From: Paraphysomonas bandaiensis
Taxonomy: Eukaryota > Protista > Chrysophyceae
NCBI GenBank assembly: GCA_965644295.1
Contig: CBFFRP010000377.1
Span: forward strand, 62,001 to 126,000
Length of the DNA stretch: 64,000 nucleotides
Direction of reading: 5' to 3'
In this document: positions 55,019-64,000 of the stretch, piece by piece
Numbering within the stretch: the stretch's first letter is position 1
Layout: each line of letters begins with the position of its first letter
Program-made: the position numbers and the translations under genes
The notes under the pieces: model-generated
What the model was told of the DNA's origin: nothing
The model's input: the letters and a program-made list of their open reading frames with translations, nothing else
Databases searched by the model: none

Positions 55019-58000
55019 TTAGTGCGATACCATAGTGTGCACATGCTGATAGTGCAGCTTCTCGGACAAGGCTTTAGTCATCACGTCTGCTGTCATCTCT
55101 GCCGTTGGCACATGATTCAGCCTGACGATACAGCCTCCCACTTGCTCTCGAATCCAATGATACTTGATCCGAATATGCTTGGAACGTTTATGATTTACCG
55201 GGTTCTGAGCTAGATCAATCGCACTCTTGCTGTCCATATTCAAGATTGTTGGAGACGCATTCTTACTGAGCTCAAATCCACGAATTCCGAGCTCTGTCAT
55301 CACCCCTCGTATCCATACAATCTCCTGAATTGCAGCATATGCAGCCATATATTCAGCTTCCATAGTCGACGTAGCCACTGTTGGCTGCAGTCTGGACTGC
55401 CATGCAATTGGAGCACCCCACAGATATACGATATACCCTGTAGTGGATCTGCATGTATCCAGATCTCCGGCCCAATCTGCATCAGAGTACACACATAGAG
55501 GGTCTTCATCTGTGAAATTAGGAAATATGATACCTTGATCAACTGTATTTTCTAAATACAATAAAGTATGCAGAGCAGCTTGACATGCAGCGTACGTGGG
55601 TCTTGTGGTGAACCGGGAGAGAAGATTTACTGTATATGCCATGTCTGGTCTAGTATGCACTGCCAAATACATTAAGGCACCAATAACAGATTGATAGGGA
55701 AATGCATCAACGTATTCTCTCTGTTTTCGAGTTTCTTCCTCTTTTGCATCCTTGGACAACTTTAGGCCAGGTGGTAGAGGTGTGGTTGCCTTGCACCGTC
55801 TCTTCTTTTCTGACAACAAGTGATTGAATCTGGCCACAACATCTTTAGCATATGCAGACTGATGTAACTTAATCTGGCCATTATGACGCTCAATGGTAAG
55901 ACCTAAATAATGCTTAAGGTCCCCCATATCTTGCATGGCATATTGAGTCTTAAAGGCGCTGATGACTTCTTCAATATGACGGCTGTCAGAGCTGAGCACA
56001 ATGATATCATCTACATACACAAGTATCATATGTAGGTTATCATCAGTACCCTTGAGTACAAATAAACATGGGTCAAGAACACATTGTTTATACCCCATCG
56101 CCTTTATACTGTCCTTCAGCATTGAATGCCAATTTCGAGGCGCTTGTTTTAGGCCATACAAACTCTTCAGAATCTTCAAACAACAGCCTTGTGGAATATC
56201 TATTCCTGCAGGTGGAGACATAAACACGTCTTCGTCCAGATCTGCATACGGAAATGCCGTTTCTACATCGAGTTGACGGAGTTGCAGATTGTATCGCAGA
56301 GCCAGTGCTAGTGCTAGCCTAAATGATACACCTTTAGCTACTGGGGAGAATGTCTCATTATAGTCGACTCCTTGTTCTTGAGTAAACCCTTTCGCCACAA
56401 GTCGAACTTTGAACTTCTTAATTTTTCCAAGATGGTCGCGCTTTACTTTAAAGACCAATTTAGATTTTATGATTTTTCGGTGTTTCGGCCTTCGGACAAT
56501 CTTCCAGCATGTCCTTCGTTCAAGCTTGTGCACCTCCTTCCTGGTAGCTTCAATCCAGTATGTTCTCTGTGGAGTCTTCTTTGCTTCTGCCAGCGTCTGT
56601 GGCTCTTTAATTGTGCTGTTGGAGGAATCAAGAAACAATGAGACATCGCCGAGGACACCAACGTTAACAATGTGCCGTTTTTTTCGAGGTCGTTTTTCAG
56701 TTCTGGGATTTCGATCTGCCCCACCTGTTGAAGATGCGCCCCGATTTGAGCGGTCAGGAGTCCTCTGTTCATTGTCACTGTCATTACAAGTCTGATCCAA
56801 CTCATTTCGCAAACTATTAAACTTGTCGGTCTGACACTTTGTAGAGTGAGTCATCTTTACTACATCTTTGATATGAATTGGAGTTTGCTCCTCGGTAGTA
56901 TTTCCTTTCATATCTAATCTCCTATATGCAACAATGACTCCTCTTCTCTCTATCACTCTGGTGGTAACATAACACAGGTGTCCATCAAGATGTCTGAGGC
57001 CCACCAGGTACTGATAGTCATTTACACTCTCTGCTGTTTCTGAGGTGTCGATTTGTAGATTATCTATTTCGTCGAAATACTCCTGTGAACGCTCTGGAAT
57101 TGACTCATCAAACTGTGCATTGACTGCAACAATAATAGCATTCAGGTCTGGAATATATATTTGGTGTCCAACAGGTTGTTGACATTGTCCCATATAGTAT
57201 CCAGGTTTTCCCTTTTCTTTCCACTCTTTGCGGCGCTGCTCCTTCGGCACAATAGCCCATGCCTTGCAGCCCCAGATCTTCAAGTCACTCACATCTGGTG
57301 CGGTTCCAGTAATATACTCAAAAGGTGAGATGTATCCTTTCGTTGTCTTCGTAGGTAACCTGTTGATCAGATATACAGCATGCAAGACTGCTTTGAACCA
57401 AAATACTGATGGCATGCCACTATCGAGCAATATAGCAAGGGCCATCTCCTTCACTGTACGATTAGTGCGTTCCGATAGCGAATTCATTTCGGGTGTGTCA
57501 CGTGGAGTCCAAGTAACCTGTACAGTCCTTGTGCTGGTGGTTTCACGTAAGTACTGCCTGACATGTTGCCCTACTAGTTCTCCTGCGCCATCTGCATGAT
57601 ATCGTCGTAGTTGCAATCCTTCTTTGACAAGTTGGGTCTCTACCATGTCCTTCATACACTTTAACACTTCACTCCCAGTCTTGTTTTTCAACCCATAAGC
57701 CCATACATGTTTTGCATCACTGTGCTTGAATAGTAACACATGTTTGTAGCCTTCCATCGATGGCGTGTTTAGGACTTCCATCGTATCTGCACTGAGCACC
57801 CCTCTCTCCTTTGGGTTGTTGTCTAAGTTCATCAACTGGCGTGGAGTCCTGAAGTTCTTTCTCGTGAGTTTCGATCGCATGCAGGTATTACATTTGCATA
57901 TCGTTTTTTTGTGTTTTTTTCTGAAATATTTCTTGTCCAGATTTATTCCATCAACTAGGCCTCGGCGGTCGGACTCAGTCAGTTTATCATAGTTGACATG

Positions 58001-59536
58001 GCCAAGTCTTTTGTGCCATAGAATTCGCTGGTCATCAAACCCCTGCTCCTCAAGTGCTGCTGAGGATTCTTCTCCAAGCTGAAGTAAGTCTTCGAGTCGA
58101 ACTGGATATAATCCATTAACACTTCTCTGTCTAATGAGTGTCTTGTTCGTAGTCTTATTTCGAATGACGACTTCATCATTATCGAACGTCACAACACAAC
58201 CCCTATCTGTGATGCTCTTCATATCTACGAGGTTCTTACTTGCTTCAGGTGCGTAGTACACCTTTTTAAAGCTTCCTACATCGCCAACACTGTGTATTGA
58301 CAGTTTACCTTTGTTCGCTGTGGACATCTGCCTATCAGCGCGCTGAAGGTTGGTCATGTGGTTTTTGGAGGTAAGGATCATCTTGTTGCACCCGCTGTCT
58401 AAATAAATAACATCTGACATGCTCTGTGCTAGATTCACCTCTTCTTCCACACATATCATCGATTCGTATCCCGCTTCATCTTCTGAATCATGTACAGACA
58501 CTCGCGGTTTCTTCTTGTTCTTGTAGGGTGCCGTTTCCCTTCTAGAGTCTCGCCCCCGTTTAGAACTGACCACTGCAGCTTTAGCAGTCTTCAAGTGGAA
58601 GCAGTCTTTAGTCTGATGGCCTGGGATGTCACATATCTCACACACAGGTAGCTTTGTTTTGTTATCACCCCTGTTTCTGTGATCTCTATCTTTTCTCTGT
58701 GATCTTGTCCCCTTCATCCTCTTTATGACATGCTCTGGAGTCTTGCACTCCCTAGCAAAGTGGCCAAGTTTCTTGCACTTATTGCATCTGCCCTTTCTCT
58801 TGTGCTCTTTCCATTTACTGTCATCCACTGCTTGATTGACACTGTCTTCCCCTGAATTTTGCAACGCATGCTTGCCGAATGATGTGTTTTCATACCCTTT
58901 GATTAGGCTGCTTGCTCTTGCGTATGTCACATCGTTTGCTGTATACAGGCTGTGTGCTAGTTGGGAATATCTCTTGTCTGTGAGACCTTCCTTTAGTCGA
59001 GTGAGCTTGTCGTCTTCCGTGACTTCACGACCTAGATTCTCGAGAATCTTGGCCTGGGCTTCAACGCTGTCGACGAACTCTGCTCCTGACTGACTTGAGG
59101 TAATCTTCATTGAATTGAACTTTGTGACCTCTGCCTGTACTGTATTCTTTTCAACATTGAGAAATCTCTCTTCCAGTGCCTGTAGTAACCCTTTTGCTGT
59201 ACTTCCTTCGTAGAGAGCCGCTGTTGTGCCTGCTTTTGGGTGAGCATTGCACACTTCCATCAGGAAGGAGTACGCGGTCTCGTTCCGGGTGTTCCAGAGT
59301 TTCTTCGCTTTGCGTAGTCGCTTCTTCTGTGCATCAGTCATATGAGCTCCCGCTGGGACTGTAGAGTCTAGATCATGAATGTGCCTTGGTTTATCCTTTG
59401 AGAGGACAAGATGAGCTCGATTGTGTCTCATGAGGAATGAGGTGAAGAACTTCTTGAATTTCTTGAAGTTCAGTTCCTCGAAGGGAGGTACCTTTGAGCC
59501 TGAGGCGACATTCGTGAAATTTCCATCCGCTGCCAT
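55019..59536 (-). CDS. Copia Gag-Pol polyprotein (gag, two CCHC knuckles, protease, integrase, RT, RNase H)
   Basis: CNKCKKLGHFAREC, CEICDIPGHQTKDC, YLDSGC, LWHKRLGH, integrase D-D-E region, YGLKQAP, YVDD, YSDADWAG, ADVMTK; uninterrupted 1505 aa in copia domain order. Confidence 0.97.
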   Translation of the reverse strand: MAADGNFTNVASGSKVPPFEELNFKKFKKFFTSFLMRHNRAHLVLSKDKPRHIHDLDSTVPAGAHMTDAQKKRLRKAKKLWNTRNETAYSFLMEVCNAHPKAGTTAALYEGSTAKGLLQALEERFLNVEKNTVQAEVTKFNSMKITSSQSGAEFVDSVEAQAKILENLGREVTEDDKLTRLKEGLTDKRYSQLAHSLYTANDVTYARASSLIKGYENTSFGKHALQNSGEDSVNQAVDDSKWKEHKRKGRCNKCKKLGHFARECKTPEHVIKRMKGTRSQRKDRDHRNRGDNKTKLPVCEICDIPGHQTKDCFHLKTAKAAVVSSKRGRDSRRETAPYKNKKKPRVSVHDSEDEAGYESMICVEEEVNLAQSMSDVIYLDSGCNKMILTSKNHMTNLQRADRQMSTANKGKLSIHSVGDVGSFKKVYYAPEASKNLVDMKSITDRGCVVTFDNDEVVIRNKTTNKTLIRQRSVNGLYPVRLEDLLQLGEESSAALEEQGFDDQRILWHKRLGHVNYDKLTESDRRGLVDGINLDKKYFRKKHKKTICKCNTCMRSKLTRKNFRTPRQLMNLDNNPKERGVLSADTMEVLNTPSMEGYKHVLLFKHSDAKHVWAYGLKNKTGSEVLKCMKDMVETQLVKEGLQLRRYHADGAGELVGQHVRQYLRETTSTRTVQVTWTPRDTPEMNSLSERTNRTVKEMALAILLDSGMPSVFWFKAVLHAVYLINRLPTKTTKGYISPFEYITGTAPDVSDLKIWGCKAWAIVPKEQRRKEWKEKGKPGYYMGQCQQPVGHQIYIPDLNAIIVAVNAQFDESIPERSQEYFDEIDNLQIDTSETAESVNDYQYLVGLRHLDGHLCYVTTRVIERRGVIVAYRRLDMKGNTTEEQTPIHIKDVVKMTHSTKCQTDKFNSLRNELDQTCNDSDNEQRTPDRSNRGASSTGGADRNPRTEKRPRKKRHIVNVGVLGDVSLFLDSSNSTIKEPQTLAEAKKTPQRTYWIEATRKEVHKLERRTCWKIVRRPKHRKIIKSKLVFKVKRDHLGKIKKFKVRLVAKGFTQEQGVDYNETFSPVAKGVSFRLALALALRYNLQLRQLDVETAFPYADLDEDVFMSPPAGIDIPQGCCLKILKSLYGLKQAPRNWHSMLKDSIKAMGYKQCVLDPCLFVLKGTDDNLHMILVYVDDIIVLSSDSRHIEEVISAFKTQYAMQDMGDLKHYLGLTIERHNGQIKLHQSAYAKDVVARFNHLLSEKKRRCKATTPLPPGLKLSKDAKEEETRKQREYVDAFPYQSVIGALMYLAVHTRPDMAYTVNLLSRFTTRPTYAACQAALHTLLYLENTVDQGIIFPNFTDEDPLCVYSDADWAGDLDTCRSTTGYIVYLWGAPIAWQSRLQPTVATSTMEAEYMAAYAAIQEIVWIRGVMTELGIRGFELSKNASPTILNMDSKSAIDLAQNPVNHKRSKHIRIKYHWIREQVGGCIVRLNHVPTAEMTADVMTKALSEKLHYQHVHTMVSH

Positions 59537-59842
59537 ATTAATTTACGCTTTTAGTTAGTGCAATATTGACTGATTGATATTATAGGAGATATAGTAAGTT
59601 TATGATGTTGTAGCCCTGTGAGTTAGGAACCACGTCATTCACCAACATCAACATTCTGTTCTACAAATCATATCTTTAACAGCTACTATATTTTCAGTTT
59701 CTTTGTATACTTGTAATAGCTACTCCTATACTGTAGTCATGTATATTCTGTATTTCATTGCTACATAGAATACAGGATAACTACTAGCGATTGACTTTAC
59801 CAAACTTCAAGTACGCACGTAGGAGTTGGTTGTAGTTCAATA
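59536..59842 (-). repeat. 5' LTR
   Basis: Direct repeat of 54664-54970. Confidence 0.95.
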
Positions 59843-60489
59843 CTCACTCATAGCGTATGAAGATCTCCAGGTGTCTGTCTACGTATATTCATGGGGGTAT
59901 GTCCACAGCACAGCTACACTGACCACTCCTCTTCCTCATAACACTGATAAGAGACCCATCGTACACTAATAAGCTATACAGATATGCTGCATATACATAC
60001 ACATACACTGTTAAGTAGATATTTATGTAGATATGAATGAATTGTTATGTTTGTTGTGATGCTCCACGAGCCATCAATATGTTGTGTGGTGTGTGCACGT
60101 ATCTTAGACAGTCGCAATGTGTAATCAATGGATATAAGAACGACTAGGTTTAATATTTAATATTATAATTGGCTAGGTTGAGTCATTTATGGCTTTGACT
60201 AGGTTTTTACACCGAAAATGGAATGACTAGGAAACTCCACCAAATTGACTAGGTTGAATAATATATCCCATTTAATACACTGCAGTAGTATGAATTGTTG
60301 TGTGCTAAATTTAAATATGACTGTCAAAATTCAGTCTGACAATACGTATTTGAAGTAAAGTAGTCATTCACGGAAATTTACAAATGCAGAATCTTTTCCA
60401 TTATAACTAAGGTGCAGTATGTTGAAAAAATCCAAGCAATACTACGAAACACGAAATCACATACTGTACTTGTAACCACTGTCCAACAT

Positions 60490-63400
60490 TTATTTCAGAT
60501 CAGGCATGCACGTTAGGAACGCCGTCGTCTTTGTCATCGGATCATCTCTCAGAGTTACATTCGGAGGTAGTGTAGGTGGATGGTGATGGGCAGACATACT
60601 ACATATATGTTACACACAACAACAACTTCATTCATTCACTTACCGTTCGCTAGCTGCTTGCTGAGCCTTGAATTTGGCCATGTTAGCCAGTCCACTCTCA
60701 TCAGTTTCACCTTGAGCTCCCTATGAAACAGAACATTTATATTTATCCCGACCCCGGTATGCACACACAGTACCATTTTCTCGGCCAACTTCTTGCTCCT
60801 CGCTTCTTCTTTTTCCTTGCGCGCAGCTTCGGCGGAGATTCGAGTGCTCAGACGCTTAACAGCATGTCTATTGAGAATGTCATCTTCTGATATAGACTTA
60901 GCTGCTGCAGCTCCTGGTTTGTCGTCCTTGGTAGCAGAGTTAAGCATCTACATATTATATTAATCACCGTGGTGCAATATTCTAATAATTCAAACCTGGG
61001 GGGTAGTGGTTGTAGTATGAGGAAGGCCTGGGGTTGTTGGCTCCGATTGAAATGAAGAATCATCAGTATCAGCGAGACTAATGTCATCTGCTGAAACCAT
61101 GAGCACACTTCTTAAGCAACGTTGCTTTACAGAATGTACCTTTGCTGAATCCAAAAGCGCCCGATGAAGGAAACTGAAAGGAGTCATGATCTTCAGAATC
61201 TCTCTTTGTCCGCCGTGACCTGTTGAAAGGGATTAGCATAGAACAAGACGCAATATAATATAGTACCTCACGCGAACATTGTTTGTCATCGATGGGGCCT
61301 CAGTTGCGACCTCAGATTCTATTGCACAGTGATGAGAACATGACATAATAGCAGCACATCATATCAACATACCGCCATCAAAACCTTGTCCAAAGTTATC
61401 GAATGAACTGCTCTGGTCCAAAGTTCCAGTACCAATCTTGGTTGGCGATGGGTCTCCACCCCCAATTATCTCCAACATTTTAGAGAGAACTTGCTCGGCA
61501 GTACCAAGAGCATCCATGGTCTCTGCCCATGTGTCCGTTTCCTCATTTCCCACCGCGGCGCTCGTAAGCTCAAATACACCAGCGTCTACAAGCGACACAT
61601 ATGGCTGCACACGCTGCAGTAAACCGTGTGCACCCTGGCGAAGAGCCACCAAAACAGCGTGTAGTCGGTCTGAGCCCGCCTTTGTTATCTGCAAGTGGAC
61701 AACGGATGATCAAAAAAAGGGACAAACTGACTGCAACGAACCTTGTACTCGTGTCGTGCAGCTTGAATTTTCTCTTCCACAGTCACAGTCGTGTCTCTGC
61801 GTATGGTTAAATAAAAATGTGCGATGTTCTGTCTGACTTTACCTATTGCTTTCGCTTTCCCCAACACCAGAGCTCTTTCGTTCTTGGAAAGCCTGCAACG
61901 CCGGTCAGACAACATGCAATACCATGGACGGCATGTACCTGCTCGGCTTTAATATTGAGCTTCTTCGCTTCAGCAAGCCGCATCTCCACCTCGCTGACCT
62001 CTTTCTCAAGATTCTTCTTGTTCGTTCTTTGTGCAGAGAACTTGTCTACCATGTCATCAAGAGAACTCATACCAGTGATCTGGGATATGAGTTAATTTTC
62101 AGAAAATACAAGTCTCGTTTCGAAAACACCTGCTTAATTTTGGTGAAAGCATCGTCCATTAAGGACACCTTTCGTTGACTCTCTTCATTCGCCTTTTGCA
62201 GTCGCTTCGTTTTCTCTTCCTTTTCTTTTAGCTGAAGTATGGATTAAACTTTCAAGCCTTCGCGCATATATAAACCAACCTGTGTTCGCAACAGAAGCTC
62301 TTCTTCCTTCGTGAGATCGCCACGAAGCTCCGTAGCAAGAGCCATTTTGACAACAGCCCTTTCCTTCATCCAACGCTTAAGCCTGCACCAGAGAGAGGAC
62401 AGGTCACAGGGCTGCAAAAAGCAGGATAATAGTCATATGTACAAACCTATGAGCGTTTCGTAGCTCCGCCTTACGAACAGCAAGAGTTCTATTTCTCTCG
62501 TGCCGGAGAATCCGTACCCGCTCAGCGCATTCCTCATATACAAGCTCAGCCCTGGCAAGACCAGAGTCAAGTCCCCTTCGCATTAGGCGGCACTACAGGG
62601 AGAAAAACTCAGGTACTGTAATAGTCATAATTCAACTTTGTACCTCCTCCCATTCCTTTTTCACTGCGCGGTACGTATCTTCCATACCATTCATGTGTGC
62701 GTCAAACTTGATCTGAAACATATGTTACTACTACTGACACATACCGACACAAAAACCTACTTGGTTACGCTTCAAACGAGCGAGCATATGTTCCAACTGA
62801 CGGCGGTAGTGTTGAGATCGTAAAATATCATTCTCAACTTCCTCAATTTCCTAAATTGCCAGTACAAGTAAGAATACAATGTCATAAAACATACTCAAAA
62901 GAAAAAAATACTCACCACTTTTAATGCATCGATTCTGCGTGCCTCGTGGGTGTCTCTCGTTTTCATTTTATCCATACCGTCATGCTCTAGCTTTAAAGTG
63001 TCAAGTTCATCTAATTTTGATTTAAGTTCTGATGCTTTTCTATCGCACAGCACCCGAAGATCGTTATAACGTCGAGCGGCATTATTTACCCCATCTTCAA
63101 CAATAGATAGTTGCTGCCGCACATCGGCGTCGTCGATCGCAATCTGTAACCACAATATTAAAACTGTCAGATAAATTACGAAGCCAGCAACCGTTTTTAA
63201 ATTCCCAGTAATGTCATGAAATAGAGCAGGTGATAAAGATACAGACGCTGGAGCAACTTTTCTCACTGCTTCGATCAAGTCTCTCTTGTGCTGAATGGTT
63301 TTCACCTTCGAAATCATCTGGTTGCCTTTGGTGGATAGATTTGCATCTATAATAGACAGACATATCGCACGTCATCACACAGCATAACATGGAGCTCATG

Positions 63401-63530
63401 AGCGACTATCGTTACCTTCTAGAGGGGCGAGCTTCTTCGGCTTCTTTGTTGCTTTCTTTTTCGTGTGCAATTTGCCTGTTGGTAGACCGGCATTGCTCGA
63501 TGATGCCCCTGATGATACGGAATCATCCAT
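60490..63530 (-). CDS. Multi-exon coiled-coil protein, outer-dynein-arm docking complex-like (CCDC151/ODA-DC family)
   Basis: Coiled-coil exons, DAFTKIKQITGMSSLDDMVDKF and NNVR motifs, many short introns. The family call is by resemblance only. Confidence 0.55.
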
Positions 63531-64000
63531 ATCTCCTCACCTTATCTACACGGCTGATATAATGGGAGGGAGGGTGTTGATAACTATTCAATCCTGTTGA
63601 GTAGACGATCACTATGGCTCATTACAAATGCATCCCAGTACAGGCAGATCTGTGTACCGGGCCCCTGTAATAACAATGAAGCTGAGCGATGTAACTAACA
63701 CTCAGCTCAGTCGTGTGCGTGCTGTGCGGTATACATATAGACAGCGCCATCTACGTACAGGACCTACACATACACATACATACATACACATACATACATA
63801 CACATTCATACACACCCCAACATGAAACTGCTGTAGTGCGTGCTGCTCGTGATGTCTTAATACATGCTGCTGTACTCGCGGAATACATACAACGCAGTCC
63901 GTATACCGTATACCGGTATACAGGCAGCTGCTGTGGATACATACATACATGTACCCACATAGCAGCAGCAGACACGCATGTCATCATGGAGCACACAGAG

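Larger units (their letters stand above)
54664..59842 (-). mobile_element. Intact Ty1/copia LTR retrotransposon (5179 bp)
   Basis: Two 307-bp LTRs that read as identical, 5-bp TSD CTCAC (54659-54663; 59843-59847), PPT GAGTGGGAG abutting the 3' LTR, TGG-initiated PBS-like sequence abutting the 5' LTR. Confidence 0.97.
53926..60269. mobile_element. Mutator-like (MULE) non-autonomous DNA transposon, ~1160 bp without the nested copia
   Basis: ~80-bp imperfect TIRs starting GGGAT, with repeated CCTAGTCA motifs; exact 9-bp TSD ATTTAATAC at 53917-53925 and 60270-60278. Confidence 0.88.

Overview
Eukaryotic nuclear DNA from a gene-dense protist genome with short (~45-55 nt) GT-AG introns. A flagellated stramenopile, perhaps chrysophyte-like, is my inference. 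I reconstruct ~19-20 spliced protein-coding genes: EF-hand/LRR protein, m-AAA protease, TPR tail-anchored protein, katanin-like AAA, long-chain alcohol oxidase, ANK-WW protein, GT25, two beta-class GSTs, a TrhO-O-methyltransferase fusion, a divergent SMC, Dgk1-like kinase, ENT, ValRS, DBP2, enoyl-CoA isomerase, prohibitin, a SAM methyltransferase and an ODA-docking-like coiled-coil protein. A transposon nest at 52-60 kb holds an intact Ty1/copia with TA..TA LTRs inside a MULE-like element, next to a hAT-like relic and dispersed repeats. Main observations: (1) a 421-nt DBP2 intron folds into a long nested G-U-rich hairpin that buries two cryptic 5' splice sites behind an in-frame stop, a candidate helicase-sensing autoregulatory switch; (2) a TrhO tRNA hydroxylase fused to an O-methyltransferase, a candidate one-protein mo5U34 pathway; (3) near-perfect head-to-head gene pairing with ~0.33-0.58 kb divergent spacers, several GTAC-rich; (4) a 1022-bp-arm palindrome duplicating the GST; (5) a copia whose start codon is formed by the LTR end plus the PBS. 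All exon structures, alignments and base pairings were read by eye and need computational confirmation.
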